Origin: the human T2T-CHM13v2.0 reference genome, Homo sapiens
DNA length: 64,000 nt
Strand: one strand, 5' to 3'
NCBI RefSeq assembly: GCF_009914755.1
Contig: NC_060929.1
Positions 29,625-58,226 of this stretch are shown one piece after another. The notes below the pieces were generated by a model. It saw only the letters and a program-made list of their open reading frames with translations, was not told where the DNA came from and made no database searches. Made by a program: the position numbers and the translations under genes. How positions within the stretch are numbered: the first letter of the stretch is position 1; each line of letters begins with the position of its first letter.

Positions 29625-29824
29625 TGTATAAAGTGTAAAAAGGAGTAGTAAAAAAGAATTAAACAGAAACATTCGTTATCGTGGCAAAATTAAGAAAATA
29701 CGCAACTGTTTAAACACATTAAGATCCTTATTCAAGTAGTAAAACGACTATTTTGTCATTGAAATGGCTTTACAAAATATTGGTAAATTAAGTAAAATGA
29801 GGGTTTCAAATAATATGTGCACTC

Positions 29825-30222
29825 TGTGTCGTAGGCCAGGTGATCCAGAGCAGGCAGTGGAGGGCCTGAGGCGTACAAGGGACCCTACTAGGGATAAACC
29901 CATGAAAAAAGCAAGCAGAAACAGGCTTGGGCAGAAGTCAAAACCGTTGCAGGCTCAGCAAAACTTCAGCCAGCCAGCCAGGACGCCAGAACAAGCATCG
30001 CCCCCTCAGAGTTGGCTGGGCCAAGAAGAGATGGCCAGATCTTTATACCCAGGCCTCAGGCACCTGAGGGGGCTCCCCAGGGAAGGCCCTGAACACTGGG
30101 GGTGCTCTCTTTGGCTCAGGCATACCCTGAAGCAGCCAGCCAGGCTCTAAACAAACTCCCACAACTGGACAGCAAGTCCTCCCCAAGGAGGGTCCAGGCA
30201 GCACATCTATGCATCTACCACA
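29825..30222. mobile_element. ERVL-family LTR (MLT2/MLT1-like)
   Basis: TG...CA-bounded segment 'tgtgtcgtaggccagg...gcatctaccaca' with MLT-like motifs; subfamily uncertain. Confidence 0.5.
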
Positions 30223-30379
30223 TTCTGCTGGTACTAGTAGTAGTAATTTTCAGAAAATAAATTGTGTCTATCTATACAATAATAATAAGCATATGGAATC
30301 CATAGGTGTAAATATTTATAAGATAATTAGAAATGTAAGAAAATGGTTGGAGTAAATAAATATTTAAATTCCTGGGATA

Positions 30380-30920
30380 GGCTGGGCGCGGTGGCTCACG
30401 CCTGTAATCCCAGCACTTTGGGAGGCCAAGGTGAGTGGATCACGAGGTCAGGAGTTTGAGAACAGCCTGGCCAACATAGTGAAACTCCTTCTCTCCTAAA
30501 AAAAAATACAAAAAAATAGCCAGGCGTGTTGGCAGGAGCCTGTAATCCCACCCACTTGGGAGGCTGAGGCAGGAGAATCACTTGAATCCAGGAGGCGGAG
30601 GTTAACAATTGGTTGAGTTTGTCTAAAGACCTGGGATCAAACAGAAAGAAATGTCTGGGTTAAGATGAGAGGTTGTGGAGACCAAAGGTTTACCATGCAG
30701 ATGAAGCTTTCAGCTAGCAGGCTTCAGAGAGAATAGGTTGCAAAATATTTCTTACCAGACTTAATGTCTGTGTTGATGTTAATGCTGGAGGGGTGTAGAG
30801 GCATGTCTGACTCCCACTCCCCAAGATGGCCTGAACCAGTCTCTCAGGTTACATTTTAAGAGCCCTGGCTGAGGAGTCTTAAGATGGTTGAGGGGCCTTA
30901 GACTTTTGTTTTTGGTTTAT
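30380..30920. mobile_element. 3'-truncated Alu (30380-30603 +) joined to an ERV1 MER4-group LTR fragment (about 30608-30920)
   Basis: LTR motif 'gtctaaagacctgggatca...atgcagatgaagc...gcaggcttcagagagaatagg'. Confidence 0.7.
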
Positions 30921-31099
30921 AAGTGGTTCCAAAATGCTGGTACATAAAACCATCTGTGGGACGTGTAAAAAAGCAGGTTTCCGAGTCTTCAGTGACCTCG
31001 TTTTTCTAGCCTACTCTATGATACCGTCGCAGCAACTGTCTCCTCTCTTCTGCACCATCGCTCTTTCACTTCCCACTGGATTCTTTCACTTCATTATAC

Positions 31100-31840
31100 A
31101 AACATTAACTCCCATCTTTTTAAAAAATAGCCTCAGTTTACCCACTTTTCTCATCAACTACCACCCAATATCTTCTTTTTCTTTTACAAAAATCTCAGTG
31201 TGTATCCAGCATCCCTCCACCACCTGACTGTTGAACACACTCAAATCAAACTTCTGATCCTTGTCCCCAAGAGTTTTAATCTAAAACACCAGTTGCTCCC
31301 ACGTTGCTAAATCCAATGGTGAATTCTCAGTCCTCATCTGAGTTGATCCTTCCATATCATGTGGCACAGATGATCCCTCCCTCCCTTTGAAACACTCCTG
31401 CACTTGCCTTCCAAGACATCACACCCTCCTGATTCCTCTCCTGCCTCACTGGTCACTCTTTCTCCCCTAGATTGTGACTTCCTAATGCTAGAGTTCTCAA
31501 AGTCTTTATATTTAAACTGTTAATTTTTTTCCTTTGGTTTCTCCTCCTCACTCTCAGCTTTATAGTGACTTCACCCTGTGTCATGGCTTTACTTACTGTT
31601 TGTACACTTAGTACTCCCTACTCTGCAGCCCAGCCTTTTACACAGAACCCCAGACTCATAGCTAAATGTCTCCTGATAGCAATGATCTTCATCTCAGAAG
31701 ATTCAAACTGAGCTCGTTATCTTCCCTATCAGTCAATCACATCCTCCCAGTGCTCGAACACCATGGAGACATCCCTGAATCCTTCTCTCACACATATACA
31801 TTCAATCCATCATATCCTGTCAACCCGATCTTAAAACATA
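31100..31840. mobile_element. L2 LINE fragment
   Basis: 'gttgctaaatccaatggtgaattctcagtcctcatc', 'ccctcctgattcctctcctgcctcactggtcactc'. Confidence 0.75.
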
Positions 31841-31969
31841 TTCAGAGAAGAAAATTAGGACCCTACCTAATAGTACATACAACAATTAACTCAAAGTAGA
31901 TCAGTTACCTAAATATAAGTGATTTAAAACTATATAACTCTTAGAATAAAATATAGGGTCAGGAGTTCA

Positions 31970-32996
<1,027 letters not shown>

Positions 32997-33039
32997 CATA
33001 CAAACCCAACCAAAAAGTTAATGTCACTGTATTTACTTC

Positions 33040-34905
<1,866 letters not shown>

Positions 34906-35018
34906 GTCAACCAACACTTTGATACACTGGCCCCTAGGAAAGTAAGGATTGATGGATTGAAGTACAAATTTTACTTTTTTTCAATACTCTTTTAGTGCGT
35001 TTTTTGCACACTCAGTGA

Positions 35019-35297
<279 letters not shown>

Positions 35298-35661
35298 TGA
35301 ACGTCAACTGTTTGGGGACTGTTGCTTTGATTTTAATCCTGTTTGACATGAAATGTTATCCTAGTCTTACTAGTGATGTGTGTAAACTATATACATGAGG
35401 ATTTACACTTCATGTGGGGAAATGGGTGAGACTTCACCTGTGACTTCCTTTTCTCATTTCACTATGAGGAATATACTGAAGTGCTTGATGTGCGATTGCT
35501 TTAGAATTCCTGGTTTTAATGGGATAGCGTGGCTTCTTTGATTTTTTTTTTTTCAGTTACTGTATTTTGCAGTTCTCTTCCAGTCCTTTTTATATTCATC
35601 AATGATCTTACACTCCTGCTTCCTCTGCACACTTGACCATAGGCAGTCTTAATTGTAATAG

Positions 35662-35980
<319 letters not shown>

Positions 35981-36113
35981 GTAATAGCTGTTTTAAAGCT
36001 TTTCTTCACTAATTCCACCATCCGCATCAATCTGAGTCTTTTTTATTCTCTCTGCTAGCGGTGAATTCTAGCTCTGTCTTGTTGCATGCCTGGTAATTTT
36101 AGGTAGAAGACCA

Positions 36114-38892
<2,779 letters not shown>

Positions 38893-38924
38893 GGGTATTG
38901 GGAATGCGGCCTGAAATTTGACTA

Positions 38925-39278
<354 letters not shown>

Positions 39279-39400
39279 TTACACTTGGGCCAATGACATT
39301 CAGTTTAAACTGACTTAAGAAGGTACACACAGTCCCTCGCTGTCTGCTCACTGATACTCTCCCTTGACATGAAGGTATGATTCTGAAGGATTGGGTGCTA

Positions 39401-39880
<480 letters not shown>

Positions 39881-40029
39881 CTACATTACATCCGGGGCTT
39901 TTGATAGCAGCAGGACTCTTGTGAGCTTCCGAGACTGCCAGAAGAAAAGAGGAGCAAATACATTTCCACACTCAGGAACCCCCTGACTCACTGCATTCCA
40001 GCAGCTCAGAGTGAGTTCCTGCAGACTCC

Positions 40030-43990
<3,961 letters not shown>

Positions 43991-43997
43991 ACAAATT

Positions 43998-46160
<2,163 letters not shown>

Positions 46161-47160
46161 AACATTTCCTTTATCTATTCATCCATCAACAGATACTTAG
46201 TTGTTTCCATATCTTGGCCATGGTGAATAATGTTGCAGCTAACATGGGAGTGCAGGTATCTCACGGAGTTTCACTTCCTCTGGATCTATAGCCAGAAATG
46301 GGATTGGTGGATCCTAATGTAGCTCTAGTTATAATTTTTTGAGGAACCTCTATACCGTTTTCTGTAATGATTGTACCAATTTACATCCTTTTGATAGTGG
46401 CCATCCTAATGGAGGTGCAGTGATTTCTCATTGAGTTTGGGTTTATATTTCTCTTATACCTAGAGATGTTTACCATCTTTTTATATGCTTGTTGCTCATT
46501 GCTCATTTGTATATCTTCATTGGAGAATTGCCTATTCAAGTCCTTTGTCCATTTTAAAATCAGGTTATTTGGTTTTGTTATTGTTGTTGAGTTGTAAAAG
46601 TTCCATATAAATCCAGGATATATTGCAAATCAGATATATGATATGTAAGCATTTTCGTCTATTCTGTAGATTGCCTTTGTTTCCTTTGATTAGCCAAAGT
46701 TTTTAAGTTTGATGTAGTCCCATTTGTCTATTTTTGCTGTTATCTGTGCTTCTGATGTCATATTCAAGAAATCATTGCCATCTCCAACATCCTGAAGTTT
46801 TTTCCCTTTTTACTTTAGTAATTTATAAAATAATTTGGTCTCACATTTAGGTTTTTAATCAATTTTGAGTTAATTTTTATGTATGGTGTACGGTCAGGGT
46901 ACAGGCTCATCTTTTGCACGTGGAAATCCAGCTTTGTCAACATCTTTTGCAGGGGATTTTCCTTTCCCAATTGTGTAGTAGTTGTTTTCGTGCCGCCCAC
47001 GCCATCCTGAAATTCACACACAGAGTTGCAAGTTACTGCCCTCCGGGAACCTCCCCTTCTCTTCCGAAGAACCAGGAACCCGGGGCTCTGCAGCTCACCC
47101 GGGCCCTCTCATAGGTCTGGGCGCCTAACAGCTCAGCTGCGACCTCGCCTCAAACGCGTG

Positions 47161-47182
47161 GAACTACACTTCCCAGAAAGCC
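47161..47182 (+). promoter_or_regulatory. ZNF143/SBS-type motif (ACTACAnnTCCCAGnAnGC), with a degenerate second copy at about 47198-47216
   Basis: gaactacacttcccagaaagcc; gactccatttcctagaggcc. Confidence 0.75.
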
Positions 47183-47219
47183 AGCGTCCTCCCGTGGACT
47201 CCATTTCCTAGAGGCCTTA

Positions 47220-47393
47220 GCGGCCGCCTTGCTCCTCTAGGTCCCAGGCGCTCTGCGGAGCTTTCGCTGCCCGGTGAGCGGCGCCGGGCTTGAGGTCGCC
47301 CAGACGTCGGAGGAGCCGGGTCACGAGGCTGGAGCTTCCTGCTTGCAGAGTGCGGCGGGGAGGCGCGGCCCGGGAACGCGGGATCCTGGGGAG
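47220..47393 (+). other. ZNF354B: Non-coding exon 1 (5' end approximate)
   Basis: Donor GAG|GTGAGC at 47393/47394 just downstream of the SBS motifs; alternative donor CCG|GTGAGC at 47273/47274. Confidence 0.7.
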
Positions 47394-48313
47394 GTGAGCG
47401 GCATGGCTGGCTGTGCCGGGAGGAGGCGGCGCCTGGCGCCAGGGCGACCTGAGGCCGCGGGGCTCCGAGGGCCTCTGTGGGCGCGGGGGGGCACCCCCGC
47501 GTCTGTCACCGGCCCCCGCGCCAGGACTTGGACTCTCGCCCCTCACGGGCCGCTCCGGTGCCGCTGCCGACGCCCCTGCCTCTGGCTCGCGCCGCCCGCC
47601 GTGAACGCGAGGCCAGGCGTTTCCTCCCGTGCCCACCCTGCGCGCGCCGTGTGGGCCTCGCGGACTCGGGGCGCCGGGACCCCGAGCGCAGGGCAGAGGC
47701 AGCCGGGCCCGGTTTCTGAGTCAGTCCCCAGGACGGCCACTCCTCCTGCCTCGGGACACCCAGCGCTTTCCTCTTCAAAGCCGTTTTCCGTGGAGTCGGG
47801 AGATGATTCGTTGGCGGGAGAGAGAGGAACCGGCTGGGAAAGGCTTGAGGCGGAGGGAAGTCGTCCCGGGGCCGTCGTGGTGGGAGTCCCGGCCCGCCTC
47901 GCAGCGGCGTGAACGGGGCAGGTGCCCCGGCGCTGCCTCAGTTTCCTGAGCGGTGCAGTGGGTGCTGGCAGTGCCAGCTGGCGCCGAGGAACTCAGCGGC
48001 GTGGGGCGAGCCCTGGCCCTGGTGGGCTCAGCGGGTCGCTGCTGCCACTGCGGGTCCAGCGTCCCCTCCGTAAGCCCCAAGCCTGTGGGGCCTGGGCCTG
48101 GCCGGGCGGCCCAGCGCTGCTCTGGTCCGCGGGCTCCTGGCTCCTCCCGAATCCCTGTGAGGGCGCGCGGGGTCCTTCTCAGCGGGAGTCGGGGTTTTAG
48201 AGCTGCGGATTCCAGGGCTGGAAAGCAGAAGGGGTTCTTCCTGGCTCCCTTTTTCTTCTCAGATCTGCCTTCTGGAGACTGCGCCGTCCTCCCGGGAGAG
48301 CCAGAAAGAGGAC

Positions 48314-48346
48314 ATGGCTGCTGGGCAGCGGGAAGCGAGGCCCCAG
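48314..48346 (+). CDS. ZNF354B: KRAB zinc finger protein, coding part of exon 2 (exon 48263-48346): MAAGQREARPQ
   Basis: Acceptor ttttcttctcag|48263, gacATGG Kozak context, donor CAG|GTGAGC; phase 0 into the KRAB-A exon. Confidence 0.9.
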
Positions 48347-48999
48347 GTGAGCTCATTGCCCTCCCAGATCCCAGTGGATGGATTTTCCCCACTAACTGGA
48401 GTTCTTCACCCGGGACCATCTCCAGCCAGGATGGAGCCCAAGTCCTTTTCTCTTGGAGGAGCTGGTCCGCCCTCATGACTGGTGGATTCTGTAGGGAGGA
48501 CCACCCACCCTCCCCACCCGTGTCTAGTGGTTTTTAATTAACAGTTTGTTCACGAATCTTCATCCATTGTGTGACTAGTTTGACAAGTAAGATACCACAA
48601 GTCTGTCTGTCACTAAGAGCAAACGTACACACGTGGGAAAAATCCCTGCCTCCTCCACTCACCCATGTCTCCGTTCCTGTCCTTCGCAGGAATACTTTCT
48701 CTTTTCACCCCTGAGAATCCTCATAACACCACCCCTTCCCCAGGCTTCTCCAACGCATCGTTGTTAGTTTTTTGTCCCTCTTAACTTTGTGAATCATATT
48801 CTTTGCTTGTATCACTGTCTTGAAATCTATTGTAGACCGTTTTCATTTTTGTGTAGTGGGAATGAGGAGGCCACCCTTTCTAGTTGAGACGAGAGTGAAC
48901 AGAGTTGGAGAGGTCGCTTGACTCGCAGGACACAGAAGACCCCTCAGCTAGCGGCAGGAAGGGTTTCATGGGATAGCAATAGTGCAGAGGCAGCGTAGG

Positions 49000-49932
<933 letters not shown>

Positions 49933-50589
49933 GGCGTTATCTTTTAAACTAGCCAAGACAGTGGAGTGGGAGCTGAGGGTGTGGCCAGAACAGGCTATTG
50001 TGCATTTGAGCTGGTATTTGTCCTCGAAGGCATTCCTATTCCATTCTCACAGAGCCAAGCTGCTCTCCTGACTAGAACCTTCTCCATCCCTGTGTGTGGG
50101 TGAGTCTCTGTGGCATCCTTCCTGTCTGTTCTTGCTTGCCATGCGTCAGTAATGTGTAGACCTGTGTGTAAAATTCAGTGAAGGGAATTTTAAGACCAGA
50201 GAGTGCAGAGTTCACAATTAGAAAACCGGAGTTATGATCTTGCTGCTACCTCTAGCAAAGCACATGACCTGGGATCTTGGCTGCCCTGGACCTTGTGTTC
50301 TTGTCTCAGGGCTCTATGCAGATACACAGTGGTTCAAATTATTTCATGCATTTTCTAGTCCGCCAGTCAGATTATACATTCTTTGAGAACAAAGATCATG
50401 TCTTGTACTCTTCCCCAATATGCAGATAATTTGATGCTCTTTTTCACCATAAAAATATTGCAGGGTTATGGTGTAAATTTTAGAGAATAAAACATTTATA
50501 TATATACATATGTATATGTGTGTGTATATATATGTATGTTTATGGATACGTGTGTATATATATGTGCATATGTATGTGTATGTTTATAT

Positions 50590-51770
50590 AGTTGTGCATT
50601 GCATAATGACATTTTGGTCAATAAAAGACCATAAATGTGACAGTGGTCCCATAAGATTAAAACCTAGCTGAAAGATTCCTGTCTCCTAATGACTAAGTAG
50701 CTATTGTAACATTATAGTGCAGGGCTTTGCTCCTGTTTTGTGGTGATGCTGGTATAAACAGACCTACCATGCAGCCTGCCAGTCCTATAAAAGTATACAG
50801 CATATGCGATTGTACAGTTCATAATAGTTGATGATATCTGACTGTGTTGCTGGGTTATATATTTATTGTACTATTCTTGTTATTTTACAGTGTCTTCCTT
50901 TTGCTTGTTTTTTAAAAAGTTAACTGTAACAGCCTCAGGCAGGTTCTTTGAGAGGTATGCAGAAGAAAGCTTTGTTCTCATAGGAGATGACAGCTGCATG
51001 TGTGTCATTGCCCCTGAAGACCTTCCAGTGGGGCAGGGTGGAGAGGTGGAAGACAGTGGTGTTGATGCTGACCCGTGTAGGCCTAGACTAATGTGCATAT
51101 TTATGTCCTAGTTTTTAACAAAAAAATTTTTAAAGTAAAAATAAAATTAAAAGCTTTTGAAATAGGAGAAAGCTTATAAAATAAGGATATAAAGAAAGAA
51201 AATATTTTTGTACAGCTAGACAATGTGTTTAAGATAAGTGTTACTACAAAAGAGTCAAAGTTTGAAAAAATTAAAAAGTTTAGAAAGTAAAAGTTACAGT
51301 AAGCTAAGGACAATTTGTTAAAGAAAACTTTAAAAAAATAAATTTAGTGTAGCCTAAGTGTACAGTGTTTAAAATGTCTACAGTCATGCACAATAGTGTC
51401 CTAAGTTTCACATTCACTCACTGCTTACTCAGCCAGGCGACTTCCAGTCCTGGAAGCTCCATTCATGGCAAGAGCCCTATACAGGTGTACCATTTCTTCT
51501 GTTTTATGCTGTAGCGTACCATGCCTTTTTTATGTTTAAATATATTTACATGCACAGACACTTAGCATTGTCTTACAGTTCTCTACAGTATTCAGTACGG
51601 TAACATGCTGTACAGGTTTGTAGCCTAGGAGTAACAGGCTGTACCATATAGCCCGGGTGTGTGGGAGGCCATACCATCCAGGTTTCTCTCTTATATTCCC
51701 ATAATGATGAAATGGCTTAACAATGCATTTCTCAGAATGTACCTCCATCGTTAATGCGACACACGACTGT
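50590..51770 (+). mobile_element. Tigger3-type DNA transposon (Tigger3b-like)
   Basis: Decayed TIRs 'agttgtgcattgcataatgac' and 'cgttaatgcgacacacgactg'; internal 'gtggtcccataagatta', 'tgtggtgatgctggtataaaca'. Confidence 0.85.
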
Positions 51771-51871
51771 GTACTCTATATATTTCATATGTACAATAGA
51801 AAATAAAATCACCCTTAACCCCACCATCTGGAGATAATCACTGTCATTCAGTTTATTGAATGTTTCAATAG

Positions 51872-52832
<961 letters not shown>

Positions 52833-53470
52833 AACTTTAAACAAATTGCTTCGCCTCTCAGTGACTTTGCTTTCTGTGATGTAAAATGGGAACGATAACT
52901 ATTTTCTTCATAAGGTAATTGTGAAGGTTAGATACAGTATATACTAATGATTAATACAAAGCTCTAAATATAGTGTCTGGCCCATGTAAAGCATTCAGTA
53001 AAAGAGAGGTGTTCTGATTTTCATCATTATTATCCTCAAGCTTGAATCAGCACACAGGTAGTGCCGTAAGTTATTTAACCCAGCCTATATCAGTGAGTAT
53101 TTAGGTTGTTTCCTGTTTTTTTTTGCTACTAACACCATGATAAGTATCCTTGTGCTTATATTTTTGTGCACTGTTTCTTACAGTAATTGGTGAGTTAAAG
53201 ATTATACATAGTTCTAAGTTCTTATGTATTATAAAATTGCCAACGAAAGATTATTCTAATTAAGGGTCCCACTAATGGCCGTAATTCCTCTACCCATTTC
53301 TTACAGTGGCTGCACTAGGCCTGAATCTCACTGTGTGCTGCTCAGTATACATTTGTTACTGGCCAATTATTCATTAAAGGAATGACCTGGAACCTTCAGA
53401 AGCTTGAATAGTATGAGAAGTGTTTCACGGGTAGCGTGTCTTCCCCACTGCCGCCCCCTCCACTCTGTGA

Positions 53471-53713
<243 letters not shown>

Positions 53714-54241
53714 TGATCACTGAAAAATTTGAGCTCAGTTTGAGGATTGTACAAATCAGATCTCTGTAAATAAACATTGATAACTTAACTTTCTCCTAAT
53801 AAGTATGGAATTGCTCTATGTCTTGGCGGGTGGGTATTGATAATTATCCCCTTCCTGCTGCACAATTTCACATTAGAAATTCTCTCATAGTTCAGGCAGC
53901 ATTTTCCTGCTTTGGTTGTTCTGTGGTTTGTTTGCTCACCTCTCAGCAGAGGGCTTACCTCATCCTTCTTCATCGACCTACCATTGCCTTTCCCACTGCT
54001 CCTTTGCAGCCAGATGAATCTTGTAAAATCCATCTTCAAAAGGGAATCATACGATGTTTTCTCATTTTAAAAAAAGTTACTTGATAGATCATTCTATAGA
54101 TGCCAGTTTATAAGTTTTAATTACATCATACATGCAACATTCCTTCTGTAGAAAAGCCTCGGTTACCCTAATAATCAAGGGATACTTTGTTGTGTCAAAA
54201 CGAAGACTGAGACTTTTGTTGTTGTTGTTGTTTATGTGCAG

Positions 54242-54337
54242 GACTCTCATTTACCAAACCAAAAGTCATCTCCCTGTTGCAGCAAGGAGAAGATCCCTGG
54301 GAGGTGGAGAAAGACAGTTCTGGTGTCTCCTCTCTAG
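54242..54337 (+). CDS. ZNF354B: KRAB-B exon (96 nt): (G)[31 protein letters not shown](G)
   Basis: Canonical KRAB-B sequence; gtgcag| acceptor, |gtaagt donor; phase 1-1. The zinc-finger exon lies beyond the window. Confidence 0.95.
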   Translation, partial: DSHLPNQKSSPCCSKEKIPGRWRKTVLVSPL

Positions 54338-55955
54338 GTAAGTGGGTGGCCCGAGGTGCTCGGGAATGGCCGCAGACAATGGTCTGGTTAATGAGAGGAG
54401 GTAGGAACATTGGTTGGGAAACTCCCTTGAGAATTCTCAGGCCTCAAGAAGTGGTGGGGAAGCGGAAGCCCAGGCTCTTAGGCAGGATTAGTCACTTGTA
54501 ATCACTTCCCCATGAATCTCTCAGCATCTCTTTTCTTACTCTTTCCTGTTGTTTTAGAATAGGGCTGTATTTTCATGTATTCATTCAGCAAACATAGTAT
54601 ATTTAAGGAACTTCAAATAATCACTCTGGCTGAAGCTCAGGGTGTATTTGGGAAAGGAGGAGGTGAGGAAGGAAATAGCCTAGAAAGCTAGGGAAGGGCC
54701 GCGTAGTAAGTGCTTGGGCACAGTTGTAAGAGGTGGAAACTGTCCCATGGAGCACTGGAAATAATGGAAGGATTTGGGCAGGAATCATATGGTCCTTGGT
54801 ATCTTAGAAAAGTTGGTGTGAATCAGAAACAGCTGAGTCTCCATCCGTGTAAGAACAGCTAAGGGACCTGTGGCGTGTCCTTACTCTGGTGAGCATCACC
54901 ACCCTGAAAACAAGAGTCCAGGGACGTGGACAGAGCTCCCAAAAAGTTACAGAGCATTGTTGGGACGCCACCATTTATGTCTAATGAAAATTACATGTAT
55001 GTGTAATGTGCACATAAGCAGAGAGAAAGGTTAGGAGGACACACCTTAGCTGGTGACATTAGTTACACTTGGAATGGGATTGAGAATGGGTCCATGGAAG
55101 GGGATGTTATTTACATGTAACATTTTAATTTTTCACAAAGAGAATATATTCATGACGTTGCTATGTGATTCGAATTTAATACAGATGGTCACTTTGGGAG
55201 TATCGTGATTGAAAGTGAGGCAAAACTAGAGGCAGGAAGCCTTGCAGAGCAATTGCAATCATGGAGGGAGGCAGGAGGTGGAAGGGCCTGGATGAAGGCA
55301 CTTGCCGTGAGTTCGTGAGGGAGGAGGTGGCGCCCACGTGATCAGGGTACAGGAGCAGTTGGGTGTGGGATGGATTTCACTTGAGATGTGAGTGAAGTCG
55401 TCAGGTGGGGAACCCTGGTGGGCAGGTGTGTAAGTGACAGGGCCGAGACTCAAGGGAGGTCAGGGAGCCCATCAGCATGACGGGCATTAGAAGCTTGGAG
55501 CTGGCCAGGTGAGGGGGCCAAGTGGAGGCCCGAATTTCAGGAAACAGCATTTGCGAGGTGCTTAAGCAGGAGGAATCTGACAGAGCCCGAGAAGTAATCA
55601 GAGGAGAGAAACGGGGAGGGGCCATCGTGGCAGTGGGGGACTGAGAGTGGTTGAACTGGGGGGGCTCTGGCTCTGGGGGATCAAGGTTGAACCCTCGCCC
55701 ACAGCTTTGTATAGCATTGGGCAGAAAGGGACACAGGTCTCCTGCTTCTGGAGTGCACGATCTAGTGGGGGACAAGGTGAACACACTCATTGCACACAAG
55801 GCACAGAAGGACACATTCCAGTGAGGACCACGTGGGAAAGACACTCGGTGCTGTGAGAGTGCAGAGCAGGCAGGTGGCATCAGCAAAGGCTTCCCTGTGG
55901 AAGGGCCTGGGATCAAAGGACTGAAGAATTGCTCAGGCCTAAAGAATGGTGTTTG

Positions 55956-56468
<513 letters not shown>

Positions 56469-57295
56469 TCAAGTCCAGAGGGCTCAGTGATGGCCCCTTG
56501 TGCCACGGGCCCAGCGAGGAGCTGCACGGCAGGCAGCTTTGGTCCCCATAGCCCCTGTGCTGGGGAGAGCTTTCTCGTGATGATAGCTTGAACTTTTTTT
56601 TTTAAAAAGGGGAACCACACTTGTGTTTTTAATCTCCTTTGGTAGAAATACACTAATTTTATATTAAATTAAAATTTAATGAACTGCCAGAGACCACCAC
56701 AAAGTAAGCCGAATGCAAGCAGCAGGGAACCAGGTGAGATTTAAGAGGGGCGTCAGTCTGGCCATTATGTGTGGGCCGAATCTTGTGTGGAAGAGCAGGA
56801 AGAAAGAAAGAGTTGTTCCCTTTCCCTTTAACTAGGGAGCACCTGATGGCTGAGTAAGTCTCCCCTCTAGAGAGAAGTATTAACAGGCTGAAAATATGAC
56901 GAGTGCAGAGTTGTCCAGAGGGATGCCGGGCACCTGATAGTGTTGTCAGTCAGTCCCTTTTCAGATTGGGGAGGATGGCCCTGCGGGAAAACCCTGAGCA
57001 GTTGATTGAGTAAGAAAGGACGTCAGAGCTGTTTCCTGCCCGATTGCTCTTGGTGGGATGACCTTCGTCCTCCTTTTGTCAGATGGAAGTCAGATGGCAT
57101 TCCTAGGGTGCTGACGTGCTTGCATCTCTGCTGCACCCCTGGTGGGGCTCCTGTCTGCCTGGACTAAGATTGCCCCAGGACAGCTTCCTTTTCCCATGAG
57201 TGCTCACTTCATTGAGAGCGTGGTTGAAGGACTGGGATGTTCCTGGAATTATCTCAGATTATTAACTCTAGCTCGAACCAAAAACTCAACCTGTA

Positions 57296-58226
57296 GGCTG
57301 GGTGAGGTGGGTCACGCCTGTGATTCCAGCACTTTGGGAGGCCAAGGTGGGAGGATCACTTGAGCCCAGGGGTTCGAGACCAACCTCGGTAACATAGACC
57401 CTGTCTGTGTTTATATAACTTTAAAAAAGAAAAAAAATATTTTAGACAAAAACCTACCCTTTGAACAGCCAGTGATAGAAAAACTTATGCTCCCCATGAT
57501 AGGACTCTCTCGAACCTCCAGTAGCCTCAAAATATACTTGTACAAAGTTATTTTCTTTTGAGATGGACTCTTGCTCTGTTGCCCAGGCTGGAGTGCATTG
57601 GCGTGATTCTCAGCTCACTGCAGTGCCCTCCTCCCAGGTTTAAGCGATTCTTGTGCTTCAGCCTCTCCGGTAGCTGGGATCACAGGCACACGCCACCATG
57701 CCGGGCTAATTTTTGGCATTTTTTTAGTAGAGACCGCGTTTTGCCATGTTGGCCAGGCTGGTCTCGAACTTCTGACCTGAAATGATCTGTCCCCCTCAGC
57801 CTCCCAAAAGGCTGGGATTACAGGCGTGAGCCACCACACCCGGCCTGCTTTGTTTTCTTACTGCAAGAAGCCATCTTGGGTAGGCTGAATGGTGCAGGGT
57901 GGTGAACGGAGGGGTTGCTCAGCAAGGTTTGCTGAAGCAGCAACTGCACACAGGGAGGACTGTCTTTTCCTGATTTGCACAGGATGCTGTGGGGCTTAGC
58001 AACAGCCCTGATGACATGGCCTGGAATGTTTTAAAAAGTGACTGCTTACAAGATGGAAGTGTGGCCACAATGCCCTGTAGCCCTATTGCATTTTACTTGT
58101 TTTTGTAGAGATGGAGGTCTTGCTATGCTGCCCAGGCTGTTCTTTGAACTCTTGGCCTCAAGCAATCCTCCCATGTCAGCCTCCCAAAATGCTGGGATTA
58201 TAGGCCTGAACCACCGCACCTACCCA
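57296..58226. mobile_element. Alu/FLAM elements (57296-57438 +, 57550-57845 -, 58090-58226 -)
   Basis: Alu consensus motifs. Confidence 0.85.

Larger units (their letters stand above)
46985..48350 (+). promoter_or_regulatory. CpG island promoter of the KRAB-ZNF gene
   Basis: Very high GC and CpG density compared with the CpG-depleted flanks; spans exons 1-2. Confidence 0.92.

Noticed and set aside
47217-48537. Long overlapping ORFs (up to 233 aa) on both strands
   Set aside because: They result from stop-codon scarcity in the CpG island. The real coding start is ATG 48314, bounded by splice sites.
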